Part shown: piece by piece, positions 37,943 to 47,172 of the stretch
Layout of the letters: every line of letters starts with the position of its first letter
How positions within the stretch are numbered: position 1 is the stretch's first letter
IMG/VR virus record: IMGVR_UViG_3300042518_000937
Direction: 5' to 3' (one strand)
From: an uncultured virus (IMG/VR IMGVR_UViG_3300042518_000937)
Lineage: Duplodnaviria; Heunggongvirae; Uroviricota; Caudoviricetes
DNA: 64,000 nt
Notes under the pieces: generated by a model
The model's input: the letters and a program-made list of their open reading frames with translations, nothing else
Databases searched by the model: none
Told to the model about the DNA's origin: nothing
Program-made: the position numbers and the translations under genes

Positions 37943-37951
37943 GCCTCCCCG

Positions 37952-37994
37952 AGGGGCGGGGTGTTGCATTTCGCAATGCCTCGCCCCTTTTTTT
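37952..37994 (+). terminator. Intrinsic terminator whose stem contains the 17-bp palindrome
   Basis: aggggcggggtgttgc...gcaatgcctcgcccc followed by a T7 run. Confidence 0.7.
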
Positions 37995-38041
37995 CGTTTC
38001 GCTCACGCGTTCGCGCCGGCGAGGTGGGGACAATTCTCTTT

Positions 38042-38297
38042 GTGGCTGGGAACACGTGGCGTTTGCGCGCTGCGTGCGCTGGCAAGCCGACGAGTCTGTG
38101 GTTTGCGACGGGCAATGCCAGCATGGGGCACGCGAAAAGGGGTGTGCAGCGCCTGCCCGGTGATAGAGCAGTGTTTGGCTTTCGCGTTGGACAACGCTGA
38201 GCCGTATGGCGTGTGGGGAGGGTTGTCCGCTGCCGAGCGCCGAAAGCTGGCGAAGGAAAGCCGTAGGCCAACCTCTCACGATAACTTACCCTATTGA
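38042..38297 (+). CDS. whiB: WhiB-family regulator split by a +1 frameshift at 38135-38142 (recoded gene, pseudogene or read error)
   Basis: WRLRAACAG...LWF...HAK in one frame and GVCSACPVIEQCLAFAL...YGVWGGLSAAERR in the +1 frame. Confidence 0.8.
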
Positions 38298-38322
38298 CAA
38301 ATAGGCCCTGACCTGGTATTAT
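38294..38322 (+). promoter_or_regulatory. SigA-like early promoter
   Basis: TTGACA-17 nt-TATTAT; same spacer as the 44361 promoter. Confidence 0.75.
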
Positions 38323-38405
38323 AGTAGTTGGAGGTCAGAAGTGGGCTTCCGATTCGGGTGTTGCGTTTCGCAATACCCTTCCCCACGAAAGAGAGAAATA
38401 CTGCC

Positions 38406-38636
38406 ATGTCTCACACCACGTCCACAATGGCGCGCCTGACGATCACGACGACGTTCGTCGACAATCAGGGCCGCAACGTGACGCAGACCGAACATCGCAG
38501 CAGCACCTACGTTCAGGCGCGCACGCTCATCGCCCGCTACGTCGCCGACAATGGCCTGCACCGCGACACCTACGGCGACTCCGCGCCGCTGTTCCGCGAC
38601 GGAGTGCGCGTCGGCCACTACGTCATCACCCGCTGA
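38406..38636 (+). CDS. Small early protein
   Basis: Follows palindrome and CCCCACGAAA leader. Confidence 0.6.
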   Translation: MSHTTSTMARLTITTTFVDNQGRNVTQTEHRSSTYVQARTLIARYVADNGLHRDTYGDSAPLFRDGVRVGHYVITR

Positions 38637-38703
38637 TCCGTCCTGCTTCAACCCCCACAACCCGGGTGTTGCAGATCGCAACGCCGTCGAGAAAGGAAAA
38701 CAA

Positions 38704-39036
38704 GTGAGTAACGTCAAAACCATCTATCAGGTCTGGAACGGCCTGGGGGATCATCTCATCACCACCGGCGACGAGGCCGAGGCGTACAAGGTCTGCAACA
38801 AGGCCCGCGTCAACGGCCAGTACGCCAAAGTCCGCCGCCACCGCGAGTGGGAGTGCGGCGACTGCGGTGCCACCGTGCGCGCCAGCAGCCACGACGCCGA
38901 CTGCGAAAAATGCGGTGCGTGCTACAACGTGTACGGCCAGCGGCTCAACCGCAACTGGCGGTCCAACATGTCGAACTACGATTCCGACGTGTCGGACATG
39001 GACGGCTACGAGGCCGCGCTGGCGGGTGATTCGTGA
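38704..39036 (+). CDS. Zinc-ribbon early protein
   Basis: AAAGGA RBS; CGDC...CEKC. Confidence 0.6.
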   Translation: MSNVKTIYQVWNGLGDHLITTGDEAEAYKVCNKARVNGQYAKVRRHREWECGDCGATVRASSHDADCEKCGACYNVYGQRLNRNWRSNMSNYDSDVSDMDGYEAALAGDS

Positions 39037-39251
39037 GCGCTGCTGTCGTGCGACGCAACGTGCTTGACCTGCTGGGTGTTGCGATTCGCAATCCCCGCGA
39101 AACCGTGTGGGCTGTCATCCGGCATCCCCGCATCGCCGCCCTCGGTTTCGCCGAGGGCGGCGATGATGTGGGTTTGACGTTCGGCGATCTGCGGGACGAG
39201 GCCTACGACATGGGCCGTGCGCTCCGCCGGATCGGGTGGGACGAATCGTGA
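39033..39251 (+). CDS. Hypothetical protein
   Basis: GTGA overlaps at both ends. Confidence 0.5.
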   Translation: MSAAVVRRNVLDLLGVAIRNPRETVWAVIRHPRIAALGFAEGGDDVGLTFGDLRDEAYDMGRALRRIGWDES

Positions 39252-39574
39252 CCGTTTCGCGCATCGTCGCATCGTTCGATCTGGACGTGCGGCGTTCGCC
39301 CAGCGAGCAGTGGATGCTGCGTTCGCGGCATGACACACGCGCCGATCTGCGCGCTGCGATCGTCAAGTTGGGCCCGTCTGTGCATTGGCGGGTCAGAAAA
39401 ACCACCCGTCGGGTGGTCGGGTTCAAGCAGCCCGACCGCCCGACCGCCGCCCGCGCTCACCGCGAATCCGTCGCCGACGCGATGACGGTCCGCGCACAGG
39501 CCATGAAGTTGTACAAGTCCAGCGCCAACGGAACCGAGTTGGCGTCCATTCCCGAGGAAGGGGTCATCAAGTGA
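39248..39574 (+). CDS. Hypothetical protein
   Basis: GTGA overlaps at both ends. Confidence 0.5.
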   Translation: MTVSRIVASFDLDVRRSPSEQWMLRSRHDTRADLRAAIVKLGPSVHWRVRKTTRRVVGFKQPDRPTAARAHRESVADAMTVRAQAMKLYKSSANGTELASIPEEGVIK

Positions 39575-39885
39575 GTAAAAATCAGGTGTTGCAAACAACA
39601 ACGTCCATCGTCACCATCCCGCAAATCTGGCAGTTGCACGTCATCACCGACGCCGCTTCGCGTGGCGCCAAGGTGCGCTGGCTCGGCGACGACAGCCACA
39701 CCATCCACGAGGGCACCGCCCGCCATGTCGTGCAGGGGCCGGACAATTTCGGCTTCATCCGTTCCGACCAGGACGTGCGCGATGCGTTCCTCCGGATCAC
39801 CAGCGTCACCGGCATGGAGTACGCGGTGCCGATCCGACGGCTGATGTACCTGGTGGAGATGGGCGGCTTCGCGGTGGATTCCTGA
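39571..39885 (+). CDS. Hypothetical protein
   Basis: GTGA overlap; GAAGGGG RBS. Confidence 0.55.
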   Translation: MSKNQVLQTTTSIVTIPQIWQLHVITDAASRGAKVRWLGDDSHTIHEGTARHVVQGPDNFGFIRSDQDVRDAFLRITSVTGMEYAVPIRRLMYLVEMGGFAVDS

Positions 39886-39997
39886 TCCGGCCTCGACCTT
39901 CGCGCACCGCCGACACGGTGCGCGTTGGCCGGGGCCGAAATCGGCAACGGAAAAACGGGTGTTGCATTTCGCAATGCCCCCCACGAAAGAAGAGCAG

Positions 39998-40246
39998 GTG
40001 ACAACCAGAACGATCACAGCGACCACACACGACTCCACGTTCGGGGTCGTGTCGGTCACCAAGCGCAGCAGCCGACCGTATTCCCATGCGGTCATCCGTG
40101 TGTCCGATGCCGGTGATGTGTCGGCGTCGTTCCACATGACGTGGGAGGCCGCGGAGAGGGCGGGCGGCCGTCCGACCCCCGGCGTCACCCGGCATGTCGT
40201 TCCCGTTGCAGATCGCAACACCCCACAGAAGGAGGAAAGCAAGTGA
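39998..40246 (+). CDS. Hypothetical protein
   Basis: Palindrome and CCCCACGAAA leader. Confidence 0.55.
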   Translation: MTTRTITATTHDSTFGVVSVTKRSSRPYSHAVIRVSDAGDVSASFHMTWEAAERAGGRPTPGVTRHVVPVADRNTPQKEESK

Positions 40247-40575
40247 AAAGCGTCCCAGCGTCAACGAAGTACCCGGCTCGTTTCGAGCCTCGCGTCGGCG
40301 AATACGGCCGGCGTGTGTTCACCGACGGTGATCCGGTGTTCACCACCGACGGCAAGCAGATCGTGCAGGGCCTGCGGGTGTTCACCAACAACCTCGACCG
40401 CGGCACGGTCGATCTGTCGCGTGCCAGCTATGACTGGCATGAGCCGGAACAGCGATTCCAGCTGTGGTTCGACGTGGTGCTCGACACCGACTACAAGGAC
40501 AACCCGGTCGAGGGTCGCCGCGAGATGCAGTCGGACTGCCGGGTTACCACCCGTTTCCAGGGGAGGGATGCGTGA
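40243..40575 (+). CDS. Hypothetical protein
   Basis: AAGGAGG RBS; GTGA overlap. Confidence 0.6.
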   Translation: MKSVPASTKYPARFEPRVGEYGRRVFTDGDPVFTTDGKQIVQGLRVFTNNLDRGTVDLSRASYDWHEPEQRFQLWFDVVLDTDYKDNPVEGRREMQSDCRVTTRFQGRDA

Positions 40576-40766
40576 TGTCCAATTACACGCGAAAAACTTT
40601 CGATGACACCTACGGGCGTCATGCCCTGGTCATCGAGGGCATCAATGTCGATCCGTCGTTCGGGCGGGTCGATGTCATCTCGCTTCTGGAGCAGAACCAC
40701 GCATCTAGTCTGCATCCGTCGCGGGTCAGCTCCGAATATCAGCCCACCCACGCCCGGAAGTGGTGA
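40575..40766 (+). CDS. Small protein, paralog of 42108-42275
   Basis: GGGAGG RBS; TFD..YGRHALV...FGRVDV. Confidence 0.55.
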   Translation: MSNYTRKTFDDTYGRHALVIEGINVDPSFGRVDVISLLEQNHASSLHPSRVSSEYQPTHARKW

Positions 40767-40771
40767 AGGCG

Positions 40772-41062
40772 ATGAGCGGTGTGTTGAAAATCAACGGTGA
40801 GGTCGTCGCGGCCACGCATTTCGCCTACGACGGCTGCCACAAAATCTATCTGATCGGCAGCGACGCCGACATGGAGACGATGCGCGGCTACGGCTACGGA
40901 GAGGATTCTTCGGACATCCTGCCGGTGAGCGAACTGGAGTGGGCGTGGAACGACTCGTGCTCTCTGCGGTTCATTCATTGGGCCGACCTGCGCAATCCCG
41001 ACGTGGTGCCGCAGTGCTACGAAACCGATCCGGTCATCGAGTGGACGGAGGATGCACGGTGA
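40772..41062 (+). CDS. Hypothetical protein
   Basis: FAYDGCHKIYL and SCSLRFI motifs. Confidence 0.6.
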   Translation: MSGVLKINGEVVAATHFAYDGCHKIYLIGSDADMETMRGYGYGEDSSDILPVSELEWAWNDSCSLRFIHWADLRNPDVVPQCYETDPVIEWTEDAR

Positions 41063-41427
41063 TGCGTTTCGCAACACTGGCGGCTGCTGCGCTGCTGGCA
41101 TCCGCGTCGGTGGCGACGTCGGCGCCGGTGCAGGCAGGTCCGGTCGGTGAGGGCTGCGTCGAAGACTTCTGGATGTGGAGGGGTCTACGTTCTGCCACCA
41201 GGGTGATCTGCGACAGTGAGCGACGGCCAGACGGATCGTGGGAGCGCAGACGCGGGTTCTTCGATCCGGAGTATTACGTTCCGTTCCAGTGCGGCACTTA
41301 CAGCTGCTGGGGCGGTTATTGGATGCCGGAGTTGAACGTCATCGACGCATACCCGGTGACCGATGCCACCGTGCTGGCCGATGAGCCTGGCTGGATTCCC
41401 AGCAACAACGGCCGAATCGTTCCGTAG
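41062..41427 (+). CDS. Secreted CDGP-like protein
   Basis: Signal peptide ending VQA; ICDSERRPDGSWERRR resembles the mycobacterial CDGP motif. Confidence 0.6.
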   Translation: MRFATLAAAALLASASVATSAPVQAGPVGEGCVEDFWMWRGLRSATRVICDSERRPDGSWERRRGFFDPEYYVPFQCGTYSCWGGYWMPELNVIDAYPVTDATVLADEPGWIPSNNGRIVP

Positions 41428-41829
41428 CCCAACCCTCCGGCGACGGGCCGGTGTTGCGTCCTGCAACACCGGCCCTCGCCGTTCCCATCGAAGAAAGGAA
41501 AAACAGCGGTGAGCTATTGCGAGGACTATCCGTGCTGCGGTCACACTCCACTCGATCCGTGCGGGCCGCAGTGGTACGACAAGCCGGGCGCGTTCGATAC
41601 CACGAAGAATCCGCACGCCCTGTGCGACCACGAAAACGGCGACTGCGAGGTCGATCGGGCGAGATATTGACCGGGCAGACACCGCTGACGTTCGATCAGT
41701 TGATCGGCCGTCTGGACGTGAAGTGCGACGAGATAATGATGCGGTCGCGGCCCACCAAGGGCGACGTGGCTGCTTTGGTCGGTCTGTGCCGCAGGCTGAT
41801 CGCGGTGCTCGAGGAAAAGGATCGGTGAT

Positions 41830-42111
41830 GTGATGACGGAATTGTCTTTCGAGAAGGTCGATCAGATATGGACGGCCACCGGCGCGGAGCACTACTACCG
41901 GACGTTCCCCGTCGAAGAGGGCCGGTGGATTCTTTACATCCATCCGTTCGACGACGACAGGGTTCCCGACCGCGGGGTGCCGGTGGTGGCGGCGACCTAC
42001 GAGATCGCTCAGGGGTTCGCCCAGGCTTTCGAGGATGACGCCGCCGCCGATGTCATGAAAATCGCAACGCGGGTGGCTTCGGCTGCCCGTTTTCTTCCGA
42101 AGGAGAGATGA
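41830..42111 (+). CDS. Hypothetical protein
   Basis: AAAGGA RBS; overlaps next gene. Confidence 0.5.
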   Translation: MMTELSFEKVDQIWTATGAEHYYRTFPVEEGRWILYIHPFDDDRVPDRGVPVVAATYEIAQGFAQAFEDDAAADVMKIATRVASAARFLPKER

Positions 42112-42275
42112 CTGTGCAGGAAAGAACTTTCGACTGCGCCTACGGGCGTCACGCCCTGGTGTTGCTTCCCGGCGACGACGGGCCGGCGTTCGGTCGGGTC
42201 GATGTGGTCCAGTTGGCTGTGGTCGGCGATCCGGTGTTCATGCAGGAAAGCTATCGCCCGAGGCACGCGAAGTGA
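42108..42275 (+). CDS. Small protein, paralog of 40575-40766 (below ORF-track cutoff)
   Basis: AAGGAG RBS; MTVQERTFDCAYGRHALVLLPGDDGPAFGRVDV. Confidence 0.55.
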   Translation: MTVQERTFDCAYGRHALVLLPGDDGPAFGRVDVVQLAVVGDPVFMQESYRPRHAK

Positions 42276-42661
42276 GCGCGTTCGGTGCGCCTGCGGGCGG
42301 CGACCCAATTCTGAACGAGGTCAAACGACGGTTCGGCATCTCTTTTTCGGAGGCGATGACCGGCGGTGGGTGTTGCGCGTTGCAGGCACGCCTGGAGTCG
42401 GGTCACTGGATTGTCGCCACCGACGAGGCGCTGTGCGGGTTCCGCGAGCGTCAGCAGTTCGAGGCCGACGCCGGGCATCCGAATATGGGCTGGTCGATCG
42501 GGATCTATGAGGATCAGGGTGACGACGAGCAGTGGTTCGGCGCTGATTCGTTCATCGACGTGGCGGATTCCAATGCCCGCGCCGAGCAGCTTCCCGACAT
42601 GGTGGAGTTGGCTCTGCGGGAGTTGGCCGGTGTTGCGAAGCGCAACAGGGCGGAGCGGTGA
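42272..42661 (+). CDS. Hypothetical protein
   Basis: MTGGGCCAL motif; GTGA overlap. Confidence 0.6.
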   Translation: MSAFGAPAGGDPILNEVKRRFGISFSEAMTGGGCCALQARLESGHWIVATDEALCGFRERQQFEADAGHPNMGWSIGIYEDQGDDEQWFGADSFIDVADSNARAEQLPDMVELALRELAGVAKRNRAER

Positions 42662-43020
42662 TGGGCGAGCGTAAGCGGACGCTGCCCGAGGCGCTCGACG
42701 CAGCCAGGGATGGCGAGGAGTTCATGCAGGCGATTCAGGGGCTTTTCGGGGCTCTGGAGCAGGCCCGCGAAGAGGAAGGCGAGGACCAGTGAATCCTTTC
42801 GAGGCTTTCTTCACCCTCATGATCATCATCCAATGCCTGGTGTTGCTTTGCTTCTGGGCGGTGAGCAGGTGGCGGTGAATCCGCTGTCGGTTGTCTGCCA
42901 TTACTGCGGCGCCCAGCCGGGTGAGCCGTGCCGTCAAACCATGTTGGACTGCTACACGCCGGTGGAGGCGCACAAGATGCGCCAGGCGGGGGCAGCGGAG
43001 AGTCAAGGAGGGTGCTTGTG

Positions 43021-43329
43021 ATGGAAAAAGCCCAGTGGAAGGCCGGGGACATTGCAGAGATTGAATCGGGTCGGTATGTCGAGGTGATGTATGGGCCGAG
43101 GGACGGGAAGGTGTTGGTGCGTGACATCGACACCAGCTACCGGAGGATGTCGGTTTCGGATTTGTGGCTGTTCGCGTCTGCGGGTGACAAAAACGCTGTC
43201 GCGGAGATTCGCTATCGGTCTGATCCGAGTCGGCCGGCTCCGCGGCCGGGGTGGCTGGTGTCGATGGTGGACGTAACCGTGTTGCAACCTGCAACAGTCG
43301 AGTCGCTGGCGGGGGGTGGGTCGCTGTGA
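43021..43329 (+). CDS. Hypothetical protein
   Basis: AAGGAGG RBS. Confidence 0.5.
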   Translation: MEKAQWKAGDIAEIESGRYVEVMYGPRDGKVLVRDIDTSYRRMSVSDLWLFASAGDKNAVAEIRYRSDPSRPAPRPGWLVSMVDVTVLQPATVESLAGGGSL

Positions 43330-43604
43330 ACATTCTGGAAGAGGCGGCGAAGCTCATCGACGGTGACCGGAAGGGAACCTACGGCGAAGTCAGCGAGAGT
43401 TTCCGGCGGATCGCGGCGCTGTGGAGCGGGTATCTGGGTCATCGGGTGACGGCGCTCGACGTCGCCAATCTGATGATCCTGCTGAAGATGAGCCGCACCA
43501 AGGGTGTGTTCCATCGGGATTCTTACGTTGACACCGCCGGGTATGCGGCGTTGGCGGAGCGCCTGCATGACATCGAGTCGAGGGGGGTTGTCCGTGAGGA
43601 TTGA
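43326..43604 (+). CDS. DUF6378-like helical phage protein
   Basis: ILEEAAKLIDGDR..YG...F.RIA.LWS.YL...MILLK.SR...DSYVD.AGYA. Confidence 0.7.
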   Translation: MNILEEAAKLIDGDRKGTYGEVSESFRRIAALWSGYLGHRVTALDVANLMILLKMSRTKGVFHRDSYVDTAGYAALAERLHDIESRGVVRED

Positions 43605-43872
43605 GAAGATCGGCTCTGACCGCTGGGTCGTCAAGGACGATAACGGCAACCCGGTCGGCGGGGCGCACCGGGATGGGGTCGGACGGCCCTGGGTGGTGTT
43701 CAGGTGGCAGTGGCGAGGGGCCAACGGGGCCGGGAAGGTCGGCGGGTTTCCTGGCGGCGCTTTGACGGTCGGCACTGTTGCGGTCGTCGCGTCGCAGGCT
43801 TTGCAGGAGAGGCTGATTCGGGCGATGCTGACCGCCATTGCTGAGCAACGGCGTGGTGAACACGCGGCGTGA
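43594..43872 (+). CDS. Hypothetical protein
   Basis: GAGGGG RBS before GTG. Confidence 0.45.
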   Translation: MRIEKIGSDRWVVKDDNGNPVGGAHRDGVGRPWVVFRWQWRGANGAGKVGGFPGGALTVGTVAVVASQALQERLIRAMLTAIAEQRRGEHAA

Positions 43873-43918
43873 CCTCGGACTTTTGCCGTCGTTACCTAAA
43901 CGTGATTATGGTGCCGGA

Positions 43919-44290
43919 ATGAATCGACAAACATTCATCCGTTCAGGTCTGTCGGGGCTTCTGCTGGGGGCGCTTGCGCCCACCGCTTTGGCCCCACCGG
44001 CTCACGCGGTTCCCCTCGTCGGCGGCAGCGGCTTGGTTCCCAATGCCGCCAACCTGGCGAGTTACATCCGCAACACCTATCCCGGCGTGCAGTCGATCGG
44101 CGGGGTTCGGGCTGACCCGCTGCCCGACCACCCCAGCGGCCATGCCATCGACATCATGGTCGGCGGCAACACCGGCCTGGGTAACGCCATTTACGCCGAC
44201 ATCATGGGCCAGCGTGGCAACTTCGGGGTCAGCTACACGCTGTGGCAGGTCGCCGCGCATTACGACCACATTCACGTCACGGTGTTCTGA
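43919..44290 (+). CDS. Secreted protein with an M15-like zinc peptidase motif
   Basis: Signal peptide ending AHA; DHPSGHAIDIM and HYDHIH motifs; own TTGCCG-18-TATGGT promoter. Confidence 0.65.
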   Translation: MNRQTFIRSGLSGLLLGALAPTALAPPAHAVPLVGGSGLVPNAANLASYIRNTYPGVQSIGGVRADPLPDHPSGHAIDIMVGGNTGLGNAIYADIMGQRGNFGVSYTLWQVAAHYDHIHVTVF

Positions 44291-44360
44291 TCCGGCCCAA
44301 GAAGGAGGCCGGCGGCGGCAGCTGTGAGATGCAGCTGCCGCCGCACCATCTTGTACCCCA

Positions 44361-44389
44361 TTGACAAATAGGCCCTGACCTGGTATAAT
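44361..44389 (+). promoter_or_regulatory. Consensus SigA promoter
   Basis: TTGACA-17 nt-TATAAT. Confidence 0.85.
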
Positions 44390-44476
44390 GTAGTTAGAGG
44401 GTTGAAGTCTGCCCTCGATTCGGGTGTTGCAAAGCGCAACACTTCACCATTTCCCCACGAAAAAGAAAGTAGGACA

Positions 44477-46177
44477 ATGCCGACCGCAAAAACAGCAAAA
44501 GCAGAAGTTCCTGTTGCAGAACGCAACACCCCGACCCGAGGCCAGAAGGCCGGTCAGCAGATCACCCTCGCCCTTCGGGCACGCTGCGCCGGGTTCTGGG
44601 TCGTCTCCAAAGACGAGGCCCGCACCGAGCAGGACTTGATCCCGGCCATCGCCAAGGCCGGATACCGGCCCCGCATCTGGGACATCTCCAGCGGCGCGGT
44701 CGACATCGACGGCTCCCCGGTCCGCGGCAATCCCGACTACAACGCCGCCGAAGGCCCCGACGAAATCCTCAAGCTCATCGAGGACAAGTCCAAGGCCAGC
44801 CTCTACAACGGCGACACCGACCGCAACGTCTGGATTCTGCGCGACCTTGGTCCGTGGCTGGAAGGCGTTGCCGGTGCGGTGACGCTGCGGAAACTCCGCA
44901 ACATGCTGCGCCCCGACGGCCTGTCAGGCACCCCGCGTAACGTGGCTCAGGCGATCATCATCCTGTCCGCGGGTGACCCGCCGCCGCCGGCCCTGTCCAA
45001 CGGCGAACTCGACGTCATCAACTGGCCCCTTCCTGACCGCGACGAAATCCTGGAAATCCTCGACAACCAGATCAGCGTGCTGCCCAACACCGACAGCAAC
45101 CCGCTGCAGGCGAAGGTCAAGGAAGCTCTCAGCCAGGGCGGGGTCCGCGACTCCGCGGTCGACGCCGCCGTGGGTCTGTCGTCGCTGGAAGTGCAGACCA
45201 CGTTCGCCCGTTCGCTGATCGAAGGCGGCAAGATCGACGTGGCTGCGATCAGCGCGGAGAAGAAGCGGCTCATCAACCGGGAACCGGCGCTCACCTACTA
45301 CGAGCCTCGCCCCGGCGGGTTCGATTCAGTCGGTGGACTGGACCTGTTCAAGGAGGACATGGCCCGCACCCGTATTACGTTCACGCCGGAGGCCCGCGCC
45401 TACGGTCTGAAGCTGGCCAAGGGTGTGATGCTGCTCGGCGTTTCCGGCTGCGGAAAAACGCTGTCCTGCCAGGCCCTCGGCTCGGAGTGGGGCTGGCCGG
45501 TGATGCGCCTCGACATCAACGCCCTCAAGGGCAAGTATGTCGGTGAGTCGGAGTCGCGGCTGCGCAACATCTTCGCCCTGATCGACGCGATCGGTCAGGT
45601 CATCGTCTACATCGACGAGGTTGAGAAGGCGTTGCAAGGTGCAACAGGGGGGGCCTCCGACGGCGGCGTGTCCTCCGATGCGCTGGGCGCGATCCTCACC
45701 TGGATGCAGGACCGTTCCGGTCAGGCGTTCGTGATGATGACGGCCAACGATCCGTCGGCGTTGCCGCCGGAGTTCCTGCGCAAAGGCCGGTTCGATGACA
45801 TCTACTTCATCGACCTGCCCACCAGGTCGGAGCGTGCCGCGATCGCCGCGGCGACGTTGCGGTCCAATGGCCGAGACGCCGAAAAACTTGGCATCGACCT
45901 GCACGCGGTGGCCGACGCGACCGCTGGATTCACCGGCGCGGAGGTCGCCGCGGCGATCGAACACGACGCCATGTTCAGCGCGTTCGCCGATGGGGCGCGT
46001 GAAGTGACCACCGACGACATCCTGTCGGCGGTCGCCAAGGTGATCCCGCTGTCCCGCACGTCGGGGGAAAAGATCGAAGCTCTGCGTAACACCTGGTCGA
46101 GCCGTGCCCGACTGGCGACGCGGCCTGACGTCGGCACCCCGCAGGCTCAGAAAAATGTCCGCACGCTGGACTTCTGA
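44477..46177 (+). CDS. AAA+ ATPase (Ycf46-like architecture)
   Basis: VGGLD, Walker A GVSGCGKT, YVGESE pore loop, Walker B YIDEVEK, TAN, RKGRFD. Confidence 0.9.
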   Translation: MPTAKTAKAEVPVAERNTPTRGQKAGQQITLALRARCAGFWVVSKDEARTEQDLIPAIAKAGYRPRIWDISSGAVDIDGSPVRGNPDYNAAEGPDEILKLIEDKSKASLYNGDTDRNVWILRDLGPWLEGVAGAVTLRKLRNMLRPDGLSGTPRNVAQAIIILSAGDPPPPALSNGELDVINWPLPDRDEILEILDNQISVLPNTDSNPLQAKVKEALSQGGVRDSAVDAAVGLSSLEVQTTFARSLIEGGKIDVAAISAEKKRLINREPALTYYEPRPGGFDSVGGLDLFKEDMARTRITFTPEARAYGLKLAKGVMLLGVSGCGKTLSCQALGSEWGWPVMRLDINALKGKYVGESESRLRNIFALIDAIGQVIVYIDEVEKALQGATGGASDGGVSSDALGAILTWMQDRSGQAFVMMTANDPSALPPEFLRKGRFDDIYFIDLPTRSERAAIAAATLRSNGRDAEKLGIDLHAVADATAGFTGAEVAAAIEHDAMFSAFADGAREVTTDDILSAVAKVIPLSRTSGEKIEALRNTWSSRARLATRPDVGTPQAQKNVRTLDF

Positions 46178-46242
46178 GTCGCACCACCTGAGTGTTGCAA
46201 ACCGCAACACTTCCACCCCTGAAAAGAAATGAGGAAACAGAA

Positions 46243-47061
46243 GTGAGTAGCGATTCCGTCAACATCCGTACCATCCGTCCCGGTCTGCTGGTGAGCGTTC
46301 ATGCCCGTCAGTCGGGCAACCGCAGCTACCAGAAGCGGGACATCGAACGCGCCCACCTCACCGAGTCGGGCACCGAGCGGTCATCGTGGGCAACTACCCG
46401 AATCGTGTTCGATCCGGCCGAGGCCAAGACGGCCAGCCAAGTTGCGAACCGGGCCAGATACCTGATTACGAGGCTGTGCGCCGACACCGCGCACGGCCCG
46501 CTGTGCCCGCTCAACCGGCGCGACGAGCTGAAGGAGGCCATCGCCGAAGCGCGTGCCCTGGTGGCCGACTTCAACGACAAGGCGGTGTTCTCACGTGTGG
46601 AGATCAACGTCATCTGCGGCGAGGTTGTCGCTGACGACGTGGAGGCCGCACGCGCCCTGTTCTCCGAGACGGAGAAGTTCCTGGCGCAAGCCCAGGACGG
46701 CCTGAAAGAACTGGACGTCAAGAAGGTTCGCGCCGCCTGCCAGAAGCTGCTCGACATCGGTCAGATGTTGTCGCCTGAGGCCAACACCAACGTGGCTGCG
46801 GCGGTGAACACGGCGCGGGCCGCGGCCCGCAAGATCGTCGCCGCTGGTGAGCAGGCTGCCATCGAAATCGACCAGCAGGCTATCGCCAAGATCGGCGTGG
46901 CCCGCAGTTCGTTCCTCGACTTCGGCATGTCCAACGACGAGGTGGTCATCGAGCATGAGCGGTTCGGTCGTGCGCTGGACTTCGACAGCCCCGCGCCGGT
47001 GGAGACTGCCCCCCGTCCGCAGGTCGCTTCGATGGACCTCGACTTCGAGGATGCGATCTGA
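46243..47061 (+). CDS. Helical hypothetical protein, AAA-associated
   Basis: GAGGA RBS; directly follows the AAA gene. Confidence 0.7.
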   Translation: MSSDSVNIRTIRPGLLVSVHARQSGNRSYQKRDIERAHLTESGTERSSWATTRIVFDPAEAKTASQVANRARYLITRLCADTAHGPLCPLNRRDELKEAIAEARALVADFNDKAVFSRVEINVICGEVVADDVEAARALFSETEKFLAQAQDGLKELDVKKVRAACQKLLDIGQMLSPEANTNVAAAVNTARAAARKIVAAGEQAAIEIDQQAIAKIGVARSSFLDFGMSNDEVVIEHERFGRALDFDSPAPVETAPRPQVASMDLDFEDAI

Positions 47062-47172
47062 CATGGATGAATACGAGTTAGAGCTTGCTTACCGTCTAGC
47101 CGGTCTTTCGCCGGATGAGGCTGCTGACAGGGCGGCCGATGAAATCGCCGCCGCAAAGAAAGGGGAAAGCTG

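Noticed and set aside
39587..42387. Half-matches to the palindrome at 39587 and 42371
   Set aside because: Only the left half-site is intact; left out of the count
34700..42700. Palindromic repeats separated by unique DNA as a CRISPR array, with the Cas4-like gene as a cas gene
   Set aside because: Spacing is irregular (60 to over 1000 bp), the intervals are genes, and there is no cas1/cas2; stand-alone Cas4-like nucleases are common in phages
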